Origin: Prasinococcaceae sp. CCMP 1430
Taxonomy: Eukaryota; Plantae; Prasinodermophyta
Length of the DNA stretch: 64,000 nucleotides
Assembly: GCA_013416795.1 (NCBI GenBank)
Contig: RQSC01000020.1
Location: 414,735-478,734, forward strand
Direction: 5' to 3'
Part shown: piece after piece, positions 1 to 10,200 of the stretch
Layout: every line of letters begins with the position of its first letter
How positions within the stretch are numbered: position 1 is the stretch's first letter
Notes under the pieces: model-generated
The model's input: the letters and a program-made list of their open reading frames with translations, nothing else
What the model was told of the DNA's origin: nothing
The model's database searches: none
Position numbers and translations under genes: made by a program

Positions 1-1
1 G

Positions 2-88
2 TTCTCGACCATGCTGTACGTGGCGTGCGGGGCGGCGGCGTTCTCAGCGGCGGTGCCGATGGCATGGATGAGGCGATTGAAGCTGTGA
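2..88 (+). CDS. Possible 3' end of a membrane-protein gene entering from the left edge
   Basis: Frame 2 reads FSTMLYVACGAAAFSAAVPMAWMRRLKL*: a hydrophobic helix with a basic tail, followed by AT-rich sequence resembling a 3' UTR. No family recognised. Confidence 0.3.
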   Translation, partial: FSTMLYVACGAAAFSAAVPMAWMRRLKL

Positions 89-140
89 CCCCCAACAAGT
101 CGTGTACTGTAAATTGATCTCCTTGTTAAAACACAAACAA

Positions 141-257
141 ACACACACGCGCCGGAGTCGCGGCACGTCGAAACGCCTTCGGAGCTCCTTTAAACTTAAA
201 AAAAAAACACACACACGCGGGAGTCGCGGCACATAAAAACGCCTTCGGCGCTCCTTT
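141..257. repeat. Two-copy imperfect tandem repeat of about 50 bp
   Basis: acacacacgcg(cc)ggagtcgcggcac-N-aaacgccttcgg(a/c)gctccttt at 141-191 and 209-257. Confidence 0.8.
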
Positions 258-483
258 TTTTATTTCCTTTTTTTTCTTTTTTCCCTTTTCCGTCAGGTCA
301 AAAGGGCTTGTTGGAGCGGGCGCCCCCCTTTTTCGACCCCGGCCGGCGGCGCTTTCGAAACCGAGGCCCGCGCGCGCTTTCCGTCGCGTTTCCCGTCCCC
401 GTTCCGCCCGTTTTCAAGACGGAACGCGACCGGGCGCGCGCGCCGCCGCGCGCCGAAATGCCGATCCGCGAATACGGCGAATC

Positions 484-519
<36 letters not shown>

Positions 520-670
520 CGCGCGCGCGCGCTCGCGCGAGGGTGAGGGGGCGGCCGCGCGCCGGGGGCTCTCCCAGAGCGCGGGGAGGCGCCGGGCGTG
601 GCGCGTTTGGAGGGTGGGAGGGCCCGCCGGCTCGTGAGGCTGGGCCCGCAGCCCGTCGGCGCCCCGCGCG

Positions 671-1856
671 ATGGCTGACGACGAGTTCGAGTACGATGAC
701 GAAGAGTTTTATGGGTCGTCCAGGCCGGCCGGCGGGGACGACGACATGAAGGTCGTCCAAAACCAGCCGCACGACGAGGAGTACGAGCTGAGCGACGACA
801 GCAGCGAACAATCGCTGGCCGGAGGCGAGATGCCCGGCAGCAGCGGCGCTCAGCAGGACGAGCTCGGCGGCGGCGGCGGTGGCGACTTTGATCGCGACCC
901 ACGCATGGGCAGCGCGGGGCTCGGGCCTGGGAGCGCGGCGTCATCCCCGCGGGAGGAGCACGGGATGCACGGCACGATGGCGGTGGGAGCTCGCGGTGGC
1001 AGCAGGTAGGTCCCTTTGCGCGAGCGGCCCCACGCGCGCGCGCCAGTGCAAGCTTGCGCGAACACATGCTCACGCAAAAGCGCCCACGCTCTCGCGCGCA
1101 CACACGCGCAGTTTGGACGACGGGCATGGCAGCAACGTGGATGGTGGCATGGGAGGCGTCGGAGGCAACGGTGGCGCGCCGCCGGGCGCGTACGACCCTG
1201 CCGAGTTCGCCGACCTGGATGCACCCGAAGACGTCAAGGAGATCTTGCAGTACATCGGCCGATACAAGCCGACCGTGGTGGACCTCGAGACGCAGCTCAA
1301 ACCCTTCGTGCCCGACTACATCCCTGCCGTCGGCGACATCGATGGGTTCCTCAAGGTGCCGCGCCCCGATGGCCAGCCCGACTACCTCGGGCTCAAAACG
1401 CTTGACGAGCCGGCAGCCAAGCAGTCGAACCCGACTGTGCTCAACCTGCAGCTGCGCGCGGCGTCGAAGCAGGCGTCCGCCGGCCCGCAGCGCGTGGGGT
1501 CGATCGCCGACGCGTCCCGCAACGCGCCCAAGATCAAAGAGTGGGTGGCCAGCGTCGAGCGGATGCACCGCGACACGGGCGCGGCCTCCGCGACGGTGGC
1601 CTACCGCAGGCCCATGCCTGACGTCGAGACGCTCATGCAGGAGTGGCCGCCGGAGTTTGAGCGCATGCTCAGGCAGGTGCGGCTGCCCGACGCGGAGGTC
1701 GACCTGGACCTCACGACGCTCGCCGGGCTGGTGTGCAACCTGGTGGACATCCCCGTGCACGGAAACGTCGTCGAGTCGCTGCACGTGCTCTTCACGCTGT
1801 TCCACGAGTTCAAGTCGAACCCGCACTTTGCAAAGCGCGCGGCCGATGGGTACTGA
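671..1856 (+). CDS. IFT46: Intraflagellar transport protein 46; 2 exons (671-1005, 1112-1856)
   Basis: Acidic N-terminus, then YDPAEF..EILQYIGRYKP..LKPFVPDYIPAVGDIDGFLKVPRPDG..LGL..LDEPAAKQSNPTVLNLQLR, the IFT46 core. The GT-AG intron 1006-1111 joins the exons in frame. Confidence 0.95.
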
Positions 1857-2229
1857 GGTGCCGCTCGCGCTTGCGCCCGCCCGCGATTGTGCGCGGCGGG
1901 CGCACTCGCGCAGTAAGGCGCCCTCTGGCCCACATTCGCTCTTCACTCCTGTAGGCACCCGCCTCGCCGCGCCGCGCCGTGATGCGGCGCGCGCGTGCCT
2001 GCGCGCGCGCGAGCGCCAGCGTGCGAGCGCCTTCGCCAGCGAGCGGCGCCCGCACCCGCTAGTGTGCGTCCGCGCACCGTGTTGGCGGTGGATTTTCTAG
2101 GATTCGCTCGCATCCGTCCCCCCCAGTTCGTTACGGGGGCGTTGCACCACGATCAATGATTCCACTGCGCCGCTGGCATCCCACACCGTGCACGAGGGGA
2201 GCCCCCCCTCGCGCGCGGAACCCGTTGCA

Positions 2230-2928
2230 ATGGCAGTCGCCAACTTCAGCGTGGAGCTGCCGCCCGGCGTCAGTGAGAGCGCGGCCTTCGCGCTCCTCTC
2301 CGACTTCACGCGCGTGCCGGAAGCTAGCGGTTACTACATATCTGTGACTCCACTGCCGGACGGCCCACCGCCAGGCAGCGTCGGCGCGCGCTACAGCGCA
2401 CAGACGCGCGAGCCGAAGCCGCCGGAGCTATGGACGATGGTGGAGTGTTCTCCCCCGACGCGCTATGCCGTGCGCGTGTCCCCCTCCACGCCCGGTGCCG
2501 CCGACGGTGCCCTCGCGACGTACGAGTTCGGCGGCGGCGAAGTGCGTGGGCGCATTGAGCTCGACCCGGGCGACGACGGCTGCGCGAAGTGCCTATTCAG
2601 CGCATGCGGCTGTTGCTTCACGGACGTCCTCGAGGAGGAGTCTGAGAAGTACATCCGCTTGGCCTTCAACCGCGCGTTCGGGCCGCAGGAAGCCGCGGCT
2701 GGGAGCGCCACGCCACAGTTCGCCGCGGCGCCACCGGCCGCGGTGTTGCCGCCGCCGATGATGCCTGCGCCCGTGCAAGCGCCCGCGCCTGCGGCGGGCC
2801 GCGGACGCCCCGCGGTGCCGGTGTACGCGCCCGCGCCCGCGCCCGCGGTGCCGATGCACGCCCCCGCGCCGACGGTGGCCGGCGGCATCCAGTACAACAC
2901 CGACGTGCTCACCTACAATACAGGCTGA
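2230..2928 (+). CDS. Hypothetical protein with a SRPBCC/START-like N-terminal domain, Cys-rich motif and Pro/Ala-rich tail
   Basis: Intronless ORF with coding-like composition. AFALLSDF...GARY...WTMVECSPPTRYAVRV resembles the polyketide-cyclase/START-like pattern; also CAKCLFSACGCCF. Confidence 0.55.
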   Translation: MAVANFSVELPPGVSESAAFALLSDFTRVPEASGYYISVTPLPDGPPPGSVGARYSAQTREPKPPELWTMVECSPPTRYAVRVSPSTPGAADGALATYEFGGGEVRGRIELDPGDDGCAKCLFSACGCCFTDVLEEESEKYIRLAFNRAFGPQEAAAGSATPQFAAAPPAAVLPPPMMPAPVQAPAPAAGRGRPAVPVYAPAPAPAVPMHAPAPTVAGGIQYNTDVLTYNTG

Positions 2929-3181
2929 GGGCCACAACGCGCCGGCCAGCGCCTCGCGGGGGGCCTCGCCGGCCCGCGCCTCGGGGAACCGAAACACCGG
3001 CTAATGCCACCAGCATCGAATAGTATCATTAAGCCACGGGCGAATTATTGCTCAATCGGCTGCGCCCGAGCACGTTGGCGACGCTACAGCAGCAACCCCC
3101 ATGCTAGCTGCGCGCAGACGCGCGCGGAACAGGTGTGTGTGTGTGTGTGTGTGTGTGTTTGTATGCTTGCGTGCGCGTGCA

Positions 3182-3662
3182 TCACGCGTCGACCTCGAGC
3201 GTCACGGGCGCCGAGCAGAACGGGCACGCCCCGAAGAGCGTGCGGAAGCTCTGCCGCGCGTTCGCGTCGCTCTGCAGCCACTCGCGCATGCAGCGGCGGT
3301 GGAAGGGCATGCCGCATCCCTCGCAGGCCATGTCGGGCGCCGCGCCCTCACCATCCCCTCCTCCGCCATCCTCCCCGCCGCCCGCGTCGTCATCGAGGGG
3401 CAGGTGGTAGCTGTAGCAAATGCCGCACTCGGCGCCGCTCTCGCCCCCCACGGTTTGTCCCCCTCCCACCGCTCCATCCGCGCCGTCCGTGCCGCACGCA
3501 TGCGAGTCCGGCGCGAGCATGGCGAGGAGGGGGTGCACGACGGCGCGCAGGTTGGCTAGCACGGAGATGCCAGCGTCCCACCGAGGCCCTCGCCGCCCCT
3601 CCCCTTGTGTGATAGTGTGTGGGCGTGCGTTGTGTTAGTATGTGCGTGCGCGTGTGTCTCTG

Positions 3663-3693
<31 letters not shown>

Positions 3694-4646
3694 GGATTTG
3701 TGTACGTGCGTGGGTGTGCACGTGTGTGAGTGACTGTGCGTTTGTGCGCGCGCGCGCGCGCGTGTCGTACCTCGGCCCTCCTCGCTGCCGGGGGCGCACG
3801 CGGCGGCGAGCGCGGCGCGCGGCGCGGCGACGGCGACCTCGGCGCCAAGGAAGGCCACGCGCGTGGGCGGCCCCCGCGGGTTGTGCGCGTCGAGCTCGAG
3901 CATGACGCTGGCGTGCCTGTCGGATGTGCGCGCGTGCGTGTGCAAGTGTGCACGTGTGCGTGTGCGCGTGTGTGTGCGTGCATGCGTATGTGCGTATGTA
4001 AGCGTGTGCATGTGTGAACGTGCACGTGTGTGCCCGCATGTGCGCGCGTGCGTGCGTGCGTGCGAGCGCCTGCGAGTGCGCGCTCTCACTTTTCGAGCGC
4101 GATGCGCCTGTACGTCGCCGCGCGCGGCGGCGGCTTCCTGGACGGCTCGAGCACCACGCAGGCGGCGTCGATCGCGTCGAGTTCGGCAAAGAGCGCCTGG
4201 TGCGCCGCCAAGCGCGCGGAGGCCTCGGCCAGCGCAGCCTCGAGCGACTGCGCCACGCCCGCCCCCGCGCCGGCGCCCGCCCCTGACGCGGCGAGCGTGG
4301 CGATCGGCGCGCCGGGCGCGTCAAGCACGCAGCGCGCGGGCGCGCCGCCGCCAACCTCGACGGCGAGCTCGTGCTCGCGCCCGGCACCGTCCTCGAGGCA
4401 CACGGACAGCGCGCAGCGCGGGCCGAGCGAGCGCACGCCCCGCAGGCGGTGCCAGCCCGCACACCGCAGCTCGGCGCACGTCGAGCGCAGCGCGGAGGCG
4501 GAAGCGCGCGCGCCGACCCCGGAAGCGGAGCCGGGCGCGCTGAGAACGTGAGCGTGAGCGTGTGTTGTGTATTGAGGGCAAACCCCGACCCCGCCAGGCG
4601 ACGCCAGAGCGAGAATGTGGGCGTCAGGGTGCAATCGTGCGCATGA

Positions 4647-4681
<35 letters not shown>

Positions 4682-4934
4682 TGTGCGCGCGCGGTGTGCG
4701 CGCGTGCGTAAATGCGCGTGCGTGCGTGTGCATGCGCGCGCTCTCCTACCTCGGTGCGCCGCCGAGCTCTCTGGCGGCCGCGGCGAGCGCCGCGTCGACC
4801 TCTGCGAGGAAGTCGCGCACCGTGCGGCACGCCGCGCGCGCGGCGGCGAGCTGTGAGCGCGCGCGCGCGCTGCTGGCGAGCAGATCGTCGACGACGCCCT
4901 CACCGCCCACCTGGTGTATGTGCGCGCGCTCGCG

Positions 4935-4972
<38 letters not shown>

Positions 4973-5288
4973 CGCGCGTGCGTGCGTGCATTCGTGACAG
5001 CAAGCGTCAGAGCTCGCACGTGCGTGTGTTCATGCTCGTATGTGCATGTGTGCATGTGCGCATGTGTGCATGCGTCTGTGCGCGTGCGCGCTCACGCACC
5101 TCGGCGTGCGCCGCGGGGCGCTCCGCGCGCGGCTCGAGGCCGCCCACGCGCAGCGCGGCGTGCGTATATGTGTTCGTGTGTGCGCGCGCGTGTGTGCGCG
5201 CGCACGCGAGCGCGACGAAGCCCCGGTACTCGCGCAGCGCAGCGTCCGTCGGCAGCAGCAGCGGCAGCGGGGGCTGCGCGGCTGCCAT
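3182..5288 (-). CDS. FANCL: Fanconi anaemia E3 ubiquitin ligase FANCL; multi-exon
   Basis: N-terminal PLLLPTDAALREYRGFV, central ELDAIDAACVVLEPS..RRIAL, C-terminal RING CGICYSYHL..CEGCGMPFHRRCMREWLQS..QSFRTLFGACPFC. ATG at 5288. Confidence 0.9.
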
Positions 5289-5292
5289 CGCC

Positions 5293-5346
5293 GCAGCCGC
5301 AGCCGCAGCCGCAGCCGCAGCCGCAGCCGCAGCCGCAGCCGCAGCC
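5293..5346. repeat. (GCAGCC)9 hexanucleotide microsatellite just upstream of the FANCL ATG
   Basis: Nine perfect copies read directly. Confidence 0.95.
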
Positions 5347-5412
5347 GCTGCCGCCGTGTGTGTGTGCGCGCGCGTGTAGGCGTGCGTGTGGCGCACCGGC
5401 CCGCGCTCTCTT

Positions 5413-5421
5413 TTTCCCGCC
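5413..5421 (+). promoter_or_regulatory. Candidate E2F site TTTCCCGCC in the FANCL/EBP divergent intergenic region
   Basis: Exact match to the plant E2F consensus about 125 bp upstream of a DNA-repair gene. A short motif, so a chance match is possible. Confidence 0.45.
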
Positions 5422-5771
5422 CAACGCAACTTCGAACAGCCGCATGCTTACGTGGCGCGCGCGCGCGCGCGCGCTGCCTACACGCACGGCACACGCGCAC
5501 GCGCGCGCGCACACACACACACGTGGCGCTCCCCTCCACCGCCCCCCACGCCCCCGGCCCCTCACACCACACCACAAACCACTACCACCGCCACCACCAC
5601 CACCACCACACATACACACACACACACACACAAACGTGGCGCACACACACGCACGCGCGCACGTTTCCACGCACACGTGCGCGCACACACATACGCGTAC
5701 GCAGGAGCACACGCACGCACAGCGGCCGCTCTCTCCCTCGCGCCTCCAGCCTGCGCGCGTTCGCGCGCGCG

Positions 5772-7175
5772 ATGGCTCCCGGCGCGCGCGCACGCACGGC
5801 GCGCACGCCTTACTCGCCGCTCGCCGACCCGAGCGCGTGGTTCGTGGGCGCGTGCGCGCTGGCGCCGCCGGCGCTCGCTGCGCTCGCCGACGCCGAGGCC
5901 AAGGGGATGCTCCCGGACGCCGAGGCACTCGCGGCGGCGTACACGGCGTACGCGACGCACCCGCTCGTCGCAGGCGCGGCGGCCGTCACGGCAGTGGCGG
6001 CGTACGCGATGCGCGCGGCAGGGCGAGGGTGCGCATGCGCGCGCGCACACACGCACGCTACACGCTCACACGCGCATGTGCACGCGCTCACACACGCAGC
6101 GCACTCGCATGCTCACTCGAGCGCGAGCAAGTGCACGCGTGCTTGCGGCGAACTGATGCAACACACGCACTATATACACGCGCTCGCGCACACGCGCGCG
6201 CGCGCGACGAGCGCAGCCTGCCCCCCCTTCCCGCCTCGGACGCTCGCGCGGCGAGCTGGTACCTCCTCAACGCCACCGTCGTCAAGTCTCTCATGGACGG
6301 CCTGCACGACGGCGTGCCTGCGTTGCGCGCCGCGTACGCGCGCGCTGACGCGCGCTTCGCAACGGGTTGCGGCAGCGAGGGCGCTCCGGAGCTGGATGGC
6401 GGCGCGGCGGCGGCATGCGTGGTGACGACGTGCGAGCTGGTGCGTTGCGCAGTGTGTGCACACGTGCGCGCGCGCGCACGCACGCCCGCACGCACGCACG
6501 AGCGAATACGCACACGCACGCGCGTGCATGCACACACTCTTACACACATTCGCATGCGCGCGCCTTTTCGTGTGTAGGTGGTGATGGCCCCGCTGTGCGC
6601 GCTGCTCGCGTACGCGTACGCGGCGCGCTGGCGCTGCCGCGACGCCCTCGAGCTGGTGGTGTGCACACTGCAGGCCTTCGGGACAGTCGCCTTCGCCGGG
6701 CCGCAGCTGCTGCTGAAATTCAGGGTACGAGACCGCACACACACGCACACACCGACACCCACATACACAAATCGCTTATCCTTCGCGCGCTCGCGCACGC
6801 GACTGACGGGCGCGCACGCGCACCCGTCACTGTCACCACCACCGTCACCTCGCGCGCGTGTATTCGTGTATGTATGCGTATGCGTGTGCGTGCGTGTGTG
6901 TGTGTGTTGTGTGCATATGCTTTGTACCTCTGGGTGCGTGTGTCTGCACGTGTGCGCACGCGATGCAGGACGTGTGGCGCGGCTGGGAGCTCAGCGTGTC
7001 GAGCGTGGCGTACTTTTGGTTCGCCTTCGCGGCGTGCATGCCCGTGTGGCTGGTGGTGCCCGCGCTGCTCGGCGCGCGCGCGTGGCGCCGCCTCGACGCG
7101 GCGCTCGCGCGTGCGGCCGTCTACCGCGAGGTAGTCAGGGCGAGCCCCGACTTCGCGACTTATAAGACAAGGTAG
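5772..7175 (+). CDS. Emopamil-binding-protein / EXPERA family sterol isomerase-like membrane protein; 4 exons
   Basis: Hydrophobic helices with SWYLLNA..MDG..AYARADARF..ELVVMAPL..LELVVCTLQAFGTV..YFWF..PVWLVVP, the EBP-family pattern. GT-AG introns. Confidence 0.75.
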
Positions 7176-7245
7176 TGGCAGGCAAGGGGCACACGCATGC
7201 GTGCGTGTGTGCGTGCGCGCGCGTGCGCCCCGGCGGCCGCAAGGA

Positions 7246-10200
7246 TTATGCCTGCTTGCGCTTCTTGCGCGCGCGCTCGCCGCCCGCTCCGCCGCCGCCG
7301 CCCGCGCCCCTCTTTGCGGCGTTCTCGATGAGCTTGTCCACCACGGCGCGGATCTTCTCCTTGCGGCGCCCCGTGAGGTAGCGCGCGGCCCCGGCGGGGT
7401 CCGCGCCCCCCGCGGCACCCGCCGAGGCCGCGAGCACCTTGGCGGCGGCCTTGTCGGTGAGCTCGTCGTACAGGCGGTGCGAGAGCGCCTTGGACTTGTA
7501 GTGGGGGCGCAGCACGCTGCGCACGTAGTTGCGCACGAGCTCCCCCACGCCGCTGCTGACGTTGACCGCCCCAGCTGCCGCGCCCGCGCCCGCCGCCAAG
7601 GCGGAGACGGGCGCACCCGCGCCCGCGTCGCCCGCAGCCGCCTCCCCGCCTTCGCCCTCAGCACCCCCTCCGACGTTATCCTCCTCCCTGTCACCCCCCT
7701 CCCCCTCCTTGCCCTCGCGCCTTTCCCCCTCCCTCCGCGCGCGCTTCTCTTCGCGCTTCTCCTCGCGCCGCGCCGCGCGCGCCTCGTCGCGCGCTCGCCG
7801 CCGCTCTTCCTTGGCCGCGCGGCGAGCGGCGCGCTCCTCCTCGGTGGCGGGCGCCGCGTCGGCCCCCTCGGCGCCCTCGGCGGCGTCGGCCCTGCGCGCC
7901 TCCTTGAGCCTGTCGCGCACCTCGCGCGACGCCTTGCGGAACTTGCGCGCCTTGGAGTTCTTGGGGTCGACGAAGCCGTCGAAGTCGACCAAGGTGGGCA
8001 GCACGATGGGCGCAGTGCGCTCCTCGCGCTCCTCGGCGTCGGCGTCAGCCGCCGCCGCAGCGGCGGCGGCCGCCGCCTCAGCGAGGCGCGCCTTCTCGAG
8101 CGCCTCGATCACCCTGGGGTCCCGCTCGACGTGCGCACCCACCTCGGCGTCGAGCTCCGCGCGCGCGCGCCGCGAGGCCTCCGCCGCGTGCTGGCGGCGC
8201 TTGAGCTGCTCCGGATCCTCGCGGTATCCATCTGCCGTCTCGAAGTCCACCTGCACGTCCTCGAGCGTGCGCGCCCAGCGCGCGAGCGCGTTCGTCGCCG
8301 ACGCCTTGAGGACCTTAGCGTCCTTTGCGTCCGCCAGCGCAGCGCCGGCGACCTCTACGAGCTTGAGCCAATCAGTGAGGCCCCTCTCCGCCTTGGCCTC
8401 GGCGCACGCCACGTGAGCGGCGTCCGCGATGTTGTACAAGAGCCCGACGAGCTTCTCGGCCACGGCCATCGAGTCGTACGCGATGCTCTTATCGAGCCAG
8501 CGGGCGACGGCCTTGACGAAGTGCCTGTCCTTCACGAGGGTGCGAACCTCGGGCCTGGCGAGGGGCGCATCCTTCCCACGCGCGCTCAGGCAGACGGCGA
8601 GCATGCGCGCGAGCTCGAGCTGCACACCCGCTGACTTTGGCATTCCGCCGCGGCACACCAGGTCGTGCAGCGCCTCGAGCCTCTCGACGGATTTGTCGGC
8701 GCCGGCCGCGCGTTTGTACAGTGTCTTCAGCTCCACCTGCTCGGCCACGCTCTTGTCACTCTCGTTGTTGCCGGCAAGGATATCCAACGTCACGGCCGCG
8801 TCGGTGCCCCGACCGTCAGCGACTGCGTGGACCGTGTCGACGCCGCGCTCGCGCTGCTCCTTGGTGCTGGCGTAAAAATCGTCCATAGTCACGCCACCAC
8901 AAAGATTTGCCGAGCTCTTCGCGCTGTCGGGCAACGCGTCGAGGAAGTTGGCCGTGATCCGCGCCGCCTCGCGCAGCCCGCTGAGGACGGCACCGCCAAC
9001 TGTATCGGGGTGCTCCTTGCACGTGTGCTCCCCGGCGAAGTACACCTGCTTCTTCAGCGGTGCCATCAGCCTGTCGTAGTCGAGGTACGACGCGCCAATG
9101 CCAGTGCTTGAATACGAGCCCATCGCGAACGGGTCTGAACCCCAGTCAGTGACGTGCCAAGCGATTGGGTCCGGCACGGTCTCGCGGGAGAAGATGGTGC
9201 GAAGGACCTTGAGTGCATGCTCCTTGGCGGCTTCGCCGCCACCGGGCCGCAGTGCAGCATGTGCGGCCTCGCCGGCGAGCAGCGTCGTCAATATCGGCTT
9301 TCCGTGCACGAGCTCGCCGTTCCAGAACATGAAGCAGCGCCCAGCGACGGAGCTTGTGAGCGATGCGCCGTCGAAAGCTTCCACGCCGCGGTCAGCGTCG
9401 TCGTCGCTGTCGCTGTCACCATCCGTCCTCTTCGCCGCCTCAGCAGCCTCGGCGCCTGCACCTTCCTCAGGCTCGGCGACCACGCTGACCATGGGTCCAG
9501 CGAATGCCGGATGATCCTTCCAGAAAGACTGCGGGAATTCGAGCACCAGCTTTTCAAGCCCGCCACAGCAGAGCTTGTCAATGGCATTGCGCTTCGCGCG
9601 CGGCAACGGTGGGTCAAACTCGATCGAGCCGGCCTTGAGCACGCCCAGTGGTACCGTGACAAGGACCGCATCGCACAAGATCTCCTCCGGCTCGTCGTTG
9701 CCTCCGGCGCCCGTGCGGGATGCCAACACGCTCACCGCCCTGCCACCGCTGGTCTCGCCATCCACCCACGCGATCTCCTTTACGATCTTTCCGTGTCGGA
9801 TGTCGAGGCCCTCCGCCATGCGCTCCGCCATCGTAGACCAGCCCCCCCCGATCATGCAATGCTCCCCGCCGAAGGCGCCGAAGATTTCGTCGTCGTTCCA
9901 GTGGTGCAAGCTGAGGGCTCCGAGCTTCTCCGAGCATCCGTACTCGAGGTGGGCCAGGTGCCACTCAAACAGCCTGTCAACGATGTCCTTGACCTCGTCA
10001 GTGACCACTCCCTCGGCCACGATCGTCACCCCGTCGGGAGCGACAGCACTCTCCTTGGTGACAGCCGCTGCGCCTGTCGCCGCAGCCTCAGCAGCCTCAC
10101 TCGCGCCCCCATTAGGGGTCTCCACCTCCATGGCACCGCCCGCCTCGGCGAGTGCGTCGCCCTCCGCCTTCGCGCGCGTCTGCGATTCCTTGCCCATGAG

